Part shown: in pieces, positions 42,279-52,836 of the stretch
Position numbering within the stretch: position 1 is the stretch's first letter
Layout: each line of letters begins with the position of its first letter
From: Candidatus Bathyarchaeota archaeon
GTDB lineage: Archaea; Thermoproteota; Bathyarchaeia; Bathyarchaeales; Bathyarchaeaceae
Assembly: GCA_963697165.1 (NCBI GenBank)
Contig: CAVOMX010000025.1
Location: 118,525 to 182,524 of the forward strand
Direction: 5' to 3'
DNA: 64,000 bases
The notes under the pieces: model-generated
What the model was told of the DNA's origin: nothing
The model's input: the letters and a program-made list of their open reading frames with translations, nothing else
The model's database searches: none
Program-made: the position numbers and the translations under genes

Positions 42279-42563
42279 ATGGTAATTGAAAAGCAGCGAA
42301 TGCCAGCTGACTCCTCTAAGGTCTGTGGAAGCTGCCGATTTTTACGTCATCCAATCTATCATCAAGGTAGGCTTATTGAAGTATGTGAAAAAGCAGTAAA
42401 TTCTAAGATTTGTACACAGACTCTTGCAGAGCTTACCTACGAGGTACTATGCATACATCGAAAGACCTTCTGGTGCAAAAAAGACAAATGCTGGACCCAC
42501 CTACTAGACAACTGCAGCCTATGGCAACCCCGACAATCTGCGCAATATCAGCATTCTGCTTGA
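42279..42563 (+). CDS. Cys-rich hypothetical protein
   Basis: CGSCRF...C...WC...C..W pattern. Confidence 0.55.
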   Translation: MVIEKQRMPADSSKVCGSCRFLRHPIYHQGRLIEVCEKAVNSKICTQTLAELTYEVLCIHRKTFWCKKDKCWTHLLDNCSLWQPRQSAQYQHSA

Positions 42564-42651
42564 GAGAACTTTTTAATCAGAAACTATTATCATTCCTTTC
42601 TCTGGCACGAAATTCTATTTTATGAGGTAAAAGAAGGGTAGAGTTAATGAG

Positions 42652-44567
42652 GTGGGTTGCTTGACAATTTATTATCTTTTGGATGCTACTGTTTCAGATA
42701 AGGAACAGGGCATAAAGCTAACTTTTTTTAACCCATCCAAAAACAAATGGAAAGAAATAGTGGACACTGATTATCGACCATATTTTTTCATTCCTTATCC
42801 AATACCTGAAGACGATTTGAAAGTAATACAAGAACTAGGATTAGTGATAAGATAGTAGAGAAAACAGATCTTTTCACTCGGCAACCTGTGAAATTAACTA
42901 GAGTAGAACTAAAAGATTTCTCTGATCTTTTACAATTGTCTAGAAAGTTCAGCAAGTCATGGGAAAAAGAGGTTCCTGTTGTTTCAAGCTACATGTACGA
43001 TAAGAATCTGGTTTTTGGAGCTCAATACAAAATTAAAGGCAAAGAGATTGTTCCTCTTTTAGGTGTTTCAAAAGAAGACTTGAAGACTTTTAGAAGAGCC
43101 TTTTCAGAGATAAGAAAAAATGATCCTGAGAAATACAAGCTTTCAAAAAGGCTGTTTATTCTTTGTTCTCAACCTGTTCCTGAAGTTTCTCTTGAAAGAT
43201 TAGGAATAAGAAACAAGGTTGATTCAGAAGAACTTCACTCAATGTTTATGTTGGCAAGACTGGCAAACATTCCTGTTCCCTCGACTTATCGTGCTCGTAA
43301 AGTCAGTGTTTGGATAAAATCAATTCTACACAATTACCTGAGAAAGAACAACATTTTGATTCCCACAGCCAAAGAGCTGAGAAGGGGAGAAGAAACACAT
43401 TCCGTTAAAGGTGCACTTACATTGACTCCTGAACCTGGTGTGCACTTCAATACGGTTGTAGTTGATTTTGACAGCATGTATCCAAGCCTTATTGATTCCC
43501 ACAATCTTTCCCATGAAACTATAGACTGTGATGATGATGAATGCCAAAGCAACAAGGTACCTGAACTAGACCATTATGTTTGCACTAAACGAAGAGGCGT
43601 TTATTCTATACTAATTGGCTCATTAAAAGATCTGAGAATTCATTGGTTTAAACCACGATCCAAAGACAAAGCTCTATCTGCCGAGAAACGGAGCCTTGCT
43701 GAATCTACATCGCAACTTCTCAAATTGATTTTGGTTTCAAGTTATGGCGTAGTGATTAGAATACACGGCATATCCCGATCATCTTTAGGAGAATCAATTA
43801 CTGCGTATGGTCGTTATAGTTTGAAAAGTGCATACAAAATTGCCAAGAAAAAGGGATTACATCCCATTTATGGTGATACCGATTCTCTTTTCTTAGAAAA
43901 TCCAACCGAAAAAGAAATTGAATGGTTAATAAAAACCGTGAAGAATCGGTTAAAGCTAGATCTTTCTGTTGAAGTAAGGTACAACCTCTGTGTTCTTCCT
44001 GAAGCTGCAAAAGCCTATTTTGGAATAAAAAAAGATGGAACCGTAGAATTCAAAGGATTAACTGCCATAAAATCGAATTCTCCAAGTTTCATTTTCAATG
44101 TCTTTAATGATTGTGTCAAGGAATTAAAACTTGTAACAAATAAATCCGAATTCGTCAAGGCTAAACGCAAGATAAAAACAGTTGTTCAAAATGCTATGGA
44201 CACCCTTTTGTTGGGAAAAATTCCTATAAAAAACTTGGAGTATGCCGTTGTAATTCATGATGACCCAAAAGAAAAATTGAAGGGAAAATCTCTTCATCAA
44301 CCATATCAATGTGCAATTCAACTTCTCGACTCAGGAAAAAGTGTGAAGAGACGAGATGAAATGCATTTTGTAAAAGTCAAACCTTTCAATTATCAAGGAA
44401 GAAGATTTACGGTCAAACCTACAGAGCATGTGAAAAAGTTTAGTGAAATTAATGTCTTGGATTATATTAGGAATCTGAGAACTGCCCTAAATCAGACATT
44501 TGAACCAATGGGAATATCAATTGGTTCATTTGAGAAAACTAATGGAACACTTTCTAATTTTTTATAA
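42652..44567 (+). CDS. PolB1-derived family B DNA polymerase lacking the 3'-5' exonuclease domain; frameshift near 42845
   Basis: N-terminus D..YRPYF; DFDSMYPS, KLILVSSYG, YGDTDS; no DIE/FNG..FD/Y..D motifs. Confidence 0.85.
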
Positions 44568-44676
44568 ATCTAAATCCAAACTTGACTAACGATTTAACTA
44601 TTATCTAGAGAATTTACGTCATAATTAAATATTCGGTAAAAGTAAGAATATATCAACTAAACAATATTTTCCATCG

Positions 44677-44725
44677 GAGGTCTCTGGAGCCCCTGACGGG
44701 AGTTCGAATCTCCCCCGGGCTACCA
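44677..44725 (+). other. 3' half of tRNA-Gln(CTG), probable att site
   Basis: loop CTCTGGA, GGGAG-TTCGAAT-CTCCC, CCGGGCT-ACCA; no D arm or 5' acceptor strand upstream. Confidence 0.75.
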
Positions 44726-44752
44726 TCTTCCAGAGTCTAATTTATACTTGTT

Positions 44753-44800
44753 AGCCGAGAGAGATTTGAACCCAAGACAGATGGAGATATCTCCCGAAAT
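44753..44800 (-). repeat. tRNA-3'-like repeat family, inverted copy
   Basis: Reverse complement atttcgggagatatctccatctgtcttgggttcaaatctctc matches 63675-63716 and 52901-52928. Confidence 0.7.
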
Positions 44801-44879
44801 ACCGCTATCTAAGGTGTGACTTCTACTTTTACTGTTAAGTAATTATGCAATATAAATTCATATGGAGAATGGATTAACG

Positions 44880-45244
44880 TTATCGTTTACGTATTAGTGT
44901 ATATATTGCTCCACCAAAGATTAACAGACCAAAGATGATTATCAATAGGGGCCAGATTTTAAATCAATTCCTGCTAGCGATGTTACTCCGACAAGAATTA
45001 TTATTATTCCGATAATAAGTCCGAAGATTGTGCCTCCATGTGGTAACCCGAAGCACTCTTCCTCTGCACGTTTCCCAAAATTTTCTCCCCACATCTCCGC
45101 TCGTTTACCAATATCCTTTCCCCATTCATCCATATTGTCGAATGTCTTGGAGCTCCGGGAACCCTCCTCGAGAGCTGCACCACATTTCACACAATATTTA
45201 GCGTTCTCTTCATTATTAGTCCAACATTTAGAACAATGAACCAT
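44880..45244 (-). CDS. Zn-ribbon membrane protein; C-terminal frameshift
   Basis: HCSKC..N...AKYC..CG, ECFGLPHGG, TMs. Confidence 0.75.
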
Positions 45245-45335
45245 GAAGTTTCCCCAACACGAGTTTTGTCGATTCAAATATAAAAGATCTACGAGCATCG
45301 GACATCTGGAACAAACATTTGCAAGCTGAAATAGA

Positions 45336-45362
45336 GGTTAAAATTTAACCCCAAACCCAAAC
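45336..45362. repeat. Palindromic GGGTT-AAAATTT-AACCC site, copy 1
   Basis: ggtt aaaattt aaccccaaacccaaac. Confidence 0.75.
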
Positions 45363-45394
45363 ATTGCTTTTGAATATGAAAAAAGAAAGTGACA

Positions 45395-46183
45395 CTATTT
45401 CGTTTCAAAATTTTTCTCAAAACCTCTTGTAACTAAACGGACCATGAGCTTTGCAACAAAAGTTTTCAATGGGTTCACCTTTGTTTCATAAAAGAAATAT
45501 TCCTTGTCCTTATAGAAATCATAATCAGCAGGCAAATAATGTTTGGTCTTTTCTGATTGGATTTTAAACGCTTGAAACCACAAGACGTTCCAAAACGCAG
45601 GTGGAAGCGGTTTATCAGACTTGAGCGAACTGTAGAATTTTTTGGACGCCTTTTCAACATCATGAGCAATGCTTTCTTCATATTTCGGTCGGTATTTGTA
45701 CGGGGGTGTTTTTACAGCCAGTTTGGCCACCAAATCAATGCCTCCCAAGGTATTAGAAAGCGATTTTAGTGTTTCTTTCAGTCCACCATCACCAGCTGTT
45801 ACTAACAACATGAGCTTCTGGTTTACGAATATTGGACGGTGAAGTGTGTATGCAAATCTATCCATAAAGTTCTTCATCAACCATGTTACGTTCACCGAGT
45901 AAACAGGTGAAACAAGAATAATGCCATCAGAAGCAAGAATTCGTTTCTCGATATCGACCTTAGAGTCCTTCAAGGGGCATTTGTCTTCACCAAGGGAAAT
46001 ACAAGCGAAGCACCCCTTACACAACTCTAGGTTTGTATCCTTCAGGAAAAGGTAATCGAATTCCAAATCCAATTTTCCATTGTTATCACTACTGGCATAA
46101 TATTTCAGGCGATTTTCTACCTGTTGAGTGATTCTGTAACTATTTCCTTTTCTCGGACTACCGATTATAGCAAGAACTTTCAT
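45395..46183 (-). CDS. Flavodoxin-family (iron-sulfur flavoprotein-like) protein
   Basis: GSPRKGNS, CKGCFAC...C, SPVY, KNFMDR. Confidence 0.9.
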   Translation of the reverse strand: MKVLAIIGSPRKGNSYRITQQVENRLKYYASSDNNGKLDLEFDYLFLKDTNLELCKGCFACISLGEDKCPLKDSKVDIEKRILASDGIILVSPVYSVNVTWLMKNFMDRFAYTLHRPIFVNQKLMLLVTAGDGGLKETLKSLSNTLGGIDLVAKLAVKTPPYKYRPKYEESIAHDVEKASKKFYSSLKSDKPLPPAFWNVLWFQAFKIQSEKTKHYLPADYDFYKDKEYFFYETKVNPLKTFVAKLMVRLVTRGFEKNFETK

Positions 46184-46269
46184 GATATACTCCCCTTTGT
46201 TGAATAGCGAATAATATATCTCTTCAATATTTATTTTACCCGTAAAAAAAATCGTAAAAATATACCTAC

Positions 46270-46695
46270 TTAATCATATAGTTTTCCTGCTAAATCAAGG
46301 ATTCTTTGACCATTGGCAATTAAAAATTTAATAAGAATCAGAAAAGCTAATACTAGAAAAGCGGTTTCAATATCTGATATAAAGGGGAGCTCAATCTGAA
46401 AGAATACAGAACCCACTAACAGTATGTTGAATACTCCTATCGCTATTGCAAGAATACGAAATGGGTCTAGCCATCCATATAATTCCCCACTAGCATACAT
46501 ACCAAGGCTACACATTGTGAACCCAATAATCGCTAAGGCAAAGAATGCTTCACGGTCTCCTGAAATAAAAGGAATTGGAGAATCGTTGACTTGCGCTAGG
46601 ACTAGTAAGAGTACCAAAACACCTATTAATGCTGCAAAAATGTATAAGCTGTTTAATATTTTTGGAGATATAGTGGTTTCTTTCTTAACAAACAC
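46270..46695 (-). CDS. Hypothetical membrane protein
   Basis: Four hydrophobic segments. Confidence 0.7.
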   Translation of the reverse strand: MFVKKETTISPKILNSLYIFAALIGVLVLLLVLAQVNDSPIPFISGDREAFFALAIIGFTMCSLGMYASGELYGWLDPFRILAIAIGVFNILLVGSVFFQIELPFISDIETAFLVLAFLILIKFLIANGQRILDLAGKLYD

Positions 46696-46794
46696 ATTTC
46701 ATCCTTACCTTGAGGAGCTTGCCATATTAGGAATTACAGCCAGAGCGACCAGATATTATTCTGGTTAATTATTTTAAATGTTTTTGCATAATCA

Positions 46795-46835
46795 TTGGGT
46801 TTGGGTTGGGGGTTAAATTTTAATCCCAAACCCAA
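46795..46835. repeat. Palindromic site, copy 2 (spacer reversed)
   Basis: ttgggtttgggttgggggtt aaatttt aatcccaaacccaa. Confidence 0.75.
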
Positions 46836-46880
46836 GCAGCACTTTGTATGATTTGGATTTGCGTGCTTGTAGGAAGTGTG

Positions 46881-47552
46881 CTAAACTTTTTGGCCAAGTT
46901 TGTAGAGTTTTATTCCAACGACTATTTGCCAAATGCCACCAAGACTTAATCCAAACAGTACAAGTATTGTTAAGGGTTCAAACAAGACTCCGATTGCACC
47001 TAAGAGAGTCAAGGTACCTGCAATTATAACCAAGTAACTAACGCCCTTGCTAAAAACTCCTTTCAACATAACCAAACCTATAATGATAGAAGATACTCCG
47101 AGTAACATCAAAGCTATGTTTGCGAAAACATTACTTAATTCAATGGAATGTTCAGCTGATACCAGATATGCTACTTTCATAGCCTCACTAGTTGTAGCCT
47201 GGTAACTACCACTTATTGGAAGGAGAGATATTATTTGAGTGCGAGATATAAGGAACGAGATTACAGCTACCAACCACAGGGCGGTTGCCATCAACATGTG
47301 AGTTTTCTTGACGTTCTTCAGAGCGACATAGAGTCCCAGCACCCCAGGCATCAGAAGTAACTCTCCAAAGGCAGCTAAAGCATAGAGTGAAACAGGAGGT
47401 AATGGATCATCGAGAATCATCTCTGGAGTTAGGGTTGGAGATGTTTGTACAATTAATAGAGCAAGAAAGAATAGAAATACAATCAATCCAGCGGTAAACA
47501 AGGAAAGTCCGCCCGCTTTATAAGCGCCTTTCCAAGATTGATCTACACTCAT
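46881..47552 (-). CDS. Membrane protein (DUF4386-like)
   Basis: About six TMs; family assignment tentative. Confidence 0.65.
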   Translation of the reverse strand: MSVDQSWKGAYKAGGLSLFTAGLIVFLFFLALLIVQTSPTLTPEMILDDPLPPVSLYALAAFGELLLMPGVLGLYVALKNVKKTHMLMATALWLVAVISFLISRTQIISLLPISGSYQATTSEAMKVAYLVSAEHSIELSNVFANIALMLLGVSSIIIGLVMLKGVFSKGVSYLVIIAGTLTLLGAIGVLFEPLTILVLFGLSLGGIWQIVVGIKLYKLGQKV

Positions 47553-47764
47553 TTCAATATCACTTTTTCAGCTATTGTCAATAAGAAGTATATAACGTGA
47601 TCTAGCTATGAATGGGGGGAATTTTTTCAAGAAATCACTTCCCAGTATTCTTGCTAACGTTTGATATGTTGTAAACATGGCCACAAAAAGAATCGGAGAA
47701 AGCGGAATTGCTATTTTCTGTTTTGAGTTTAGAGAAAAATGTTTTTTGTCAGTCCTTTTTTCAC

Positions 47765-48439
47765 CTAATATCCACCTCCAATAAAGGCGAAACCTGCTAA
47801 ACCCATAAAATCAGTTAGTATATGTGCAAAAGTTGTCCATCGAATTGAATTGGTTTTCTTTGCAACCCAACCAAAGGTTAATCCCATGAAAATGGACATT
47901 GTTGCGAAAGCTAATGCTCCTCCTGGCATCTGACTGGGAAATATTACTTGTGGTGAGAGATGCCAATATCCAAACCAGATAGAAGGATACAGGTAGCTCC
48001 ATAGCCAACTATTGGGAAAAGCAGTTACGAAAGTGCCACGCCAAAGCAGTTCTTCCATTGTACCGTTCATGATTGCAAATAATAATGAAACCAAGAGGAT
48101 CGATAAACTTACTTCACCTATTTGAACTAGAAACATCGTAAAGAATGGTGCCACAAAAGGTCCGGCAAGAAACATTATTCCTAGCAGCCTAGGTTTTCCA
48201 AATCGATTTTCGGGGTTCTTGAACATCTTTTTGATATTCTTTAACCCAATTAGCAACAAAGGAAGTAAACCACACCAGACAATCCAATAAAACAAAAATC
48301 CCCCCAGATAACCACCTACAGAACCTAGCAATTCACCCAGTAATCCAAAGATGATGTAGGTTGTTGCAAGCAAAACAGGTGGAATAATCAACAAAACAGT
48401 CTGTATTTTCGTGAAACCAAATCTACCTGTTTCTGACAA
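47765..48439 (-). CDS. CPBP/Abi-family intramembrane protease
   Basis: EELLWRG, FGYWH, HILTD motifs. Confidence 0.9.
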   Translation of the reverse strand: MSETGRFGFTKIQTVLLIIPPVLLATTYIIFGLLGELLGSVGGYLGGFLFYWIVWCGLLPLLLIGLKNIKKMFKNPENRFGKPRLLGIMFLAGPFVAPFFTMFLVQIGEVSLSILLVSLLFAIMNGTMEELLWRGTFVTAFPNSWLWSYLYPSIWFGYWHLSPQVIFPSQMPGGALAFATMSIFMGLTFGWVAKKTNSIRWTTFAHILTDFMGLAGFAFIGGGY

Positions 48440-48451
48440 ATTATGTTCCCC

Positions 48452-48676
48452 CTAGAATTTTAGAAAGTTGCATTTTCGAGCAATTAAGTAAGTGAGACCT
48501 GCTGCAACAATCGATATTATTGTTCCAAATGGTGTAAAGGAACAATGGGCATAGTAGCCAAGATAGCAAACTTTACTGGCCGTTGAATCGGGTATGACTG
48601 TAAGTATTGCAGATGAAAACCATCCAATAATCATTATGATTAATATGACCGAAACAAAGAGTCTTTGGAGCTTCAT
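48452..48676 (-). CDS. Small membrane protein with CYLGYYAHCSFTP motif
   Basis: Two TMs; coupled to the MarR gene. Confidence 0.7.
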   Translation of the reverse strand: MKLQRLFVSVILIIMIIGWFSSAILTVIPDSTASKVCYLGYYAHCSFTPFGTIISIVAAGLTYLIARKCNFLKF

Positions 48677-49140
48677 TTATTCAACTCCTTTTGATATTGG
48701 TTTTTTATGACGCTGTAAAGCTGTTCAAGAATTGGAATAATCGCTTCGATTTCTTTTTGATCTGCTGCTTCAGTAAAAAATTTGTATCTTTGCATCATCA
48801 AGGGGTAAGCTTTCACAAAGACATTTCTTCCTTCACTTGTAAGAATTAGTTTGTTTACCCTTCTATCTGCAGGATCTTTTAATCTTTTAAGAAAACCTTT
48901 CCTTTCAAGAGAATCACAAATAACCATCACAGTAGTAGTGTCAGTGTCCAATCTCTCTGAGAGCTCTTTTTGTGTGATGTTGTCTTGAAATGAAAGACTC
49001 ATTAACGTTCCAAACTGAGGGAATGTAATTCCTAAAGTTTTTAGTGACTCTTCAGACAACCTTCGGCTTTTCAGATAAATCCCAGATACCAAAGCGTAAA
49101 GTTTCCAATGAGGTTCTTCAGGATTCATTACACAAACCAC
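48673..49140 (-). CDS. MarR-family regulator
   Basis: ITQKELSE...LERKGFL.R..DP.DRR...LT..G. Confidence 0.9.
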   Translation of the reverse strand: MVCVMNPEEPHWKLYALVSGIYLKSRRLSEESLKTLGITFPQFGTLMSLSFQDNITQKELSERLDTDTTTVMVICDSLERKGFLKRLKDPADRRVNKLILTSEGRNVFVKAYPLMMQRYKFFTEAADQKEIEAIIPILEQLYSVIKNQYQKELNK

Positions 49141-49355
49141 CTAATCACATGTATAATTATCATAGCTATGATAATCATAACTATTATTTAATATTTATGA
49201 TGAAAAAACAATTTTACAATAATTAGAATGCTCAATTATCGAGCAAAGAAATTCTTGCCAATTATTAAAGAAGAAATTGAACTTCTAGAAAAACTTAAGG
49301 ATAAAAGATGATTAGGGAATGAAAAAATTTTTTCCTTTAAACTGATAAATAATCA

Positions 49356-50048
49356 TTGAGTGGTACACAATTGAGCAATCAACTTAGAAATCAAGATCAA
49401 ATTATTGATATATTATATGACTTTCTTTCAAGTCAACGAATGGGTTACAAATGTAAAAAAGATTTTAACCCAAAAAAAATTACTGGACGTCCGTTTATAG
49501 TTGACTTGTTTTGTAAAAGTGAAACTGATTCTTTGATTGTGGAAGTTAGACAATATTATGTAAGATTGCATGACATTATTAGGTTAGCTTATCTCCGGAC
49601 TTTTCCAGGATTATCTGAAACTAAATTATATTTAGCTGTTCCAAAAACTCTAGAATTCTCGGAGGAACAATTGGCTGCAATTATTCAAAACAATATCAGT
49701 GTAATAAAAGTCGGTGCAAAAGACGATGTCATTTTTGAAAAACCCCATCTGTTTCCTGAACATTTGCTTCCTTCTAAAGTCTTAAGTTTGTTACAACTCT
49801 CCGCATTTGCGATACAAAGGAAGATTCCACCTACCTTCTTTGATGTACTTAATTTGAATAATCTTTCGTATGGTAGAGAACTGGGCGAATTTTTAGAAGA
49901 ATATGGAAATATTCGAAATCAAGATGAAGAGGTTGAAATTATTCTTAAATATCTTGAAATACTGTGGTCTGGAAAATACGGGAAAACCCAAAGTGTAAAA
50001 GCATTTACCAATTTCAACGATTTTGAACCAATGCTGAAAAGAATATGA
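49356..50048 (+). CDS. PD-(D/E)xK nuclease-like protein, possibly truncated
   Basis: VDLFC...LIVEVR; AT-rich; ends abruptly next to a permease fragment. Confidence 0.5.
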   Translation: MSGTQLSNQLRNQDQIIDILYDFLSSQRMGYKCKKDFNPKKITGRPFIVDLFCKSETDSLIVEVRQYYVRLHDIIRLAYLRTFPGLSETKLYLAVPKTLEFSEEQLAAIIQNNISVIKVGAKDDVIFEKPHLFPEHLLPSKVLSLLQLSAFAIQRKIPPTFFDVLNLNNLSYGRELGEFLEEYGNIRNQDEEVEIILKYLEILWSGKYGKTQSVKAFTNFNDFEPMLKRI

Positions 50049-50112
50049 GGTTACAGAGACCACTTCACTCATCCGTTTCAAGTTTTTCTTAAGAACTTTA
50101 GCTTCAGTAACT

Positions 50113-50388
50113 TTGATTCTCGGTTTAGCCCTTATAAATCCAATCTTCGCTGAAGAATCAAGAGAACGCAACCTAGGAATCGTAATAAACCTCATGATAA
50201 TCATTTTCGCCACCATCGGACTTGGGATCGGCTTACCTAGACTCGGTCTAAGTTTTGGAATGGCGTTTCCAAATCTAGATCAATTCACGGGTCTCTTGTA
50301 TGATCATCTCTTGCTGACAATGGTTATTTGGTTGATGGGAATTTTCCTTCTTTACATTGGAACCAGAAAGCTAGATAGAATCGAATAA
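50113..50388 (+). pseudogene. C-terminal fragment of a membrane (ABC-permease-like) protein
   Basis: Hydrophobic fragment ending G.RKL.RIE without its N-terminus. Confidence 0.5.
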
Positions 50389-50477
50389 GGTTAGGTGTGC
50401 AGAATATGTGGGCACGCTATTTTGCAAAGGAATTTTTGGGGTTGTAATTCTCCAAAGATTTCGGTGTGCACTTGGTT

Positions 50478-50711
50478 CTACTGACGGAAAAATTCACTCC
50501 ATATAGTATAGAAAATAACAAGAACAATAATGACTATGACTACAGCATAGCTGCTTTTTCTGCTTAGTTTTAAAGCACTCGGTCTTGATTTCGCCAAAAC
50601 CACATATAATACCAAGAATAGGAATGGTACAGCTAACCACATTAGAGCATCAATATCCATTGTGGTGAATCCCTTAGAACATTGAATCAGTAAACAGTTA
50701 AGCCTTTTCAT
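50478..50711 (-). CDS. Small membrane protein (start likely MDIDAL)
   Basis: Two TMs. Confidence 0.55.
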   Translation of the reverse strand: MKRLNCLLIQCSKGFTTMDIDALMWLAVPFLFLVLYVVLAKSRPSALKLSRKSSYAVVIVIIVLVIFYTIWSEFFRQ

Positions 50712-51022
50712 ATCTTCCTATTTTTCATGATATCTTGAAGAAACACAGTGATCTTGTTGGTGTACTGACAAAGGAATTGAGCGGAGATCGCCAAAAACGC
50801 TCGTAAAAACTGTAGCTAGTTTGCATTGACGAAAAAAATTATTATTATTTTCCAAAACAGATACGAGTATCTGTAGCTTACATTCGTAACTTTTGGATTG
50901 TTTTTTAATTTAAAAAAAATGTTACTTTTCCAATTCGCATGCAAACTGGTTTTATGTCATATCTGAAGAGAAACGTTGTTGTTATAAATGTAAAGCTAAA
51001 CAAGTCTATACTGGCAAATTAA

Positions 51023-51646
51023 ATGGAAAGAATTTATCGAAAGACCCCTTTGAATGAGATTCCTTGGAATATTGAGACTCCCCCAGAAGTTTTAATCAGG
51101 TTGGTCGAGAGCGGAAAAGTGAAATCTTGTAAAACTATTGATTTGGGGTGTGGTACTGGTAATTATTCGATTTATCTTGCCAGCTTAGGCTTTGAAGTAA
51201 CAGGAATTGATATTTCACCAACGGTCATAGAGATTGCACAAGAGAATGCAAAGAAGAAAGGAATCAAATGCCATTTTTTTGTCGCAAATGTTCTTGGCAA
51301 CTTGAATGAAGTCAAGGACACATTTGACTTTGCTTATGATTGGGAGTTGTTGCATCATATATTCCCAGAGCAAAGGACGATATACGTTAAGAATGTGTAT
51401 AAAATACTCAATCCTGGAGCAAAATTTCTTTCTGTTTGTTTTAGTTTTAAAGATCCGGGATTCGGTGGATCAGGAAAATACAGGAAAACACGATTGGGTA
51501 CTATTTTGTATTTTTCTTCTGAAGATGAATTGAGAGAACTTTTCGAACCATATTTCAAAATAAAAGAATTAATAACGATAGAAATCCGAGGCAAGCCCAA
51601 TTCCCACGTTGCAAACTACGTTTTTATGGAGAAGAGAAATAAATAA
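51023..51646 (+). CDS. Class I SAM-dependent methyltransferase (TPMT/TehB-like)
   Basis: IPW, DLGCGTG, GIDIS, FDFAYD..LLHH. Confidence 0.9.
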   Translation: MERIYRKTPLNEIPWNIETPPEVLIRLVESGKVKSCKTIDLGCGTGNYSIYLASLGFEVTGIDISPTVIEIAQENAKKKGIKCHFFVANVLGNLNEVKDTFDFAYDWELLHHIFPEQRTIYVKNVYKILNPGAKFLSVCFSFKDPGFGGSGKYRKTRLGTILYFSSEDELRELFEPYFKIKELITIEIRGKPNSHVANYVFMEKRNK

Positions 51647-51659
51647 AATATTTCAGAGG

Positions 51660-51724
51660 AAAAAAGGGGGAGTTTGCGGGAAATTAACGGGTGATTTCAC
51701 CACTTGTCCGGGGTGCAAGGTCTC
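51660..51724 (+). repeat. tRNA-3'-like repeat family, degenerate copy
   Basis: aaaaaagggggagtttgcggg...cggg...ccact...gggtgcaa aligns with 63651-63710. Confidence 0.6.
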
Positions 51725-51788
51725 AGAGATAATCAGAATGGCTGGGGTCTGTAATTAACCTAAGACTCATACCAGTTTAAGTGATGAT

Positions 51789-51824
51789 TTAGGGTTAAGG
51801 GTTAAAATTTAACTCTTTAAAAAA
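51789..51824. repeat. Palindromic site, copy 3
   Basis: ttagggttaagggtt aaaattt aactctttaaaaaa. Confidence 0.7.
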
Positions 51825-51901
51825 GGTAGACTAGAAAATAATGTTAACTTACATTCAACGAACTGTTATTTAACCGAGTTAAGTTTGCGTGACTAGTTTT
51901 G

Positions 51902-52783
51902 TTATGTTGCTCTGGCGTATGCCTCTATCAAATCACGTGCTGAAAGCATACCCACTAGCTTACCATTTTTAGCAAGCGGAAGCCTCTTAATATGTTTTGA
52001 AGTCATGATGGCAGCGGCATCATGAACACTAATCCCCAATGGAGCAGTAATAAGCGGAGATGAGCAAGCTTTGCCAACTTCTGTATTCAACGACCTGTCT
52101 TCTGCTAAAAACTTGGTGAGCAAGTCTCGTTCAGTAAATATTCCTATAGGCTCTCCGTGGCCAGTGATTATTACACTACCAATGCTTCTCTTACCCATTA
52201 TTTTTGCTACATTTTCTACAGACATTTCCTCATCAGCGGTTATAATTCCTTCAGTCATGAAATAATCAACTTCAGACCACACTGACATTTTTTCTGGGAA
52301 CCCAGGAAGACTTCGAATAAGGTCTGTGGCTGTTATGATTCCAACAACTTTTCCAGATCCACGGACTGCAAGTCGCCGAATTCTCTTCTCAATCATCGTT
52401 TGGGCCGCCTCTTTGATGCTTGATTTCATAGATATTGTAATGAGAGGATATGTCATGATTTTCTCAACAGTTTCTTCTTTGATGGTTGGTCCACCAGCTA
52501 ACCAATCTTTCTCTAAAGCGATTTCTTTATCGGCAACTTCACGTAACAGATCCCTTTCGGTGATTATGCCCACTGGTGTTTCATACTTTATCACTATCAA
52601 ACTTCCAATGTGTTTTTTACCCATTAATCTGGCAGCTTCATATAATGTACTTTCTGGAGTTATTGTGGTAATATGTCTCATAATTTCCCTTATTTCTTGG
52701 TGCTGTGCGATAGTCTGTTTGGGTTTTGTGTTCGCGATTTCATGGGAATCTGTATCTTTAGGCAGCTTCATCTCTTTCATCAT
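51902..52783 (-). CDS. Four-CBS-domain protein
   Basis: Repeated IGSL/V...GI.TERDLL and IRRL.V motifs. Confidence 0.9.
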   Translation of the reverse strand: MMKEMKLPKDTDSHEIANTKPKQTIAQHQEIREIMRHITTITPESTLYEAARLMGKKHIGSLIVIKYETPVGIITERDLLREVADKEIALEKDWLAGGPTIKEETVEKIMTYPLITISMKSSIKEAAQTMIEKRIRRLAVRGSGKVVGIITATDLIRSLPGFPEKMSVWSEVDYFMTEGIITADEEMSVENVAKIMGKRSIGSVIITGHGEPIGIFTERDLLTKFLAEDRSLNTEVGKACSSPLITAPLGISVHDAAAIMTSKHIKRLPLAKNGKLVGMLSARDLIEAYARAT

Positions 52784-52836
52784 TAATACTGATTGCTGAT
52801 TGAGTATTTACAATTGTTCATGAACACATTGCGCGC

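Larger units (their letters stand above)
37564..44725. mobile_element. Integrative element (integrated plasmid or provirus-like)
   Basis: Integrase at the left edge, replication and regulator genes, changed base composition, tRNA 3' half at the right edge; left att not seen. Confidence 0.7.
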
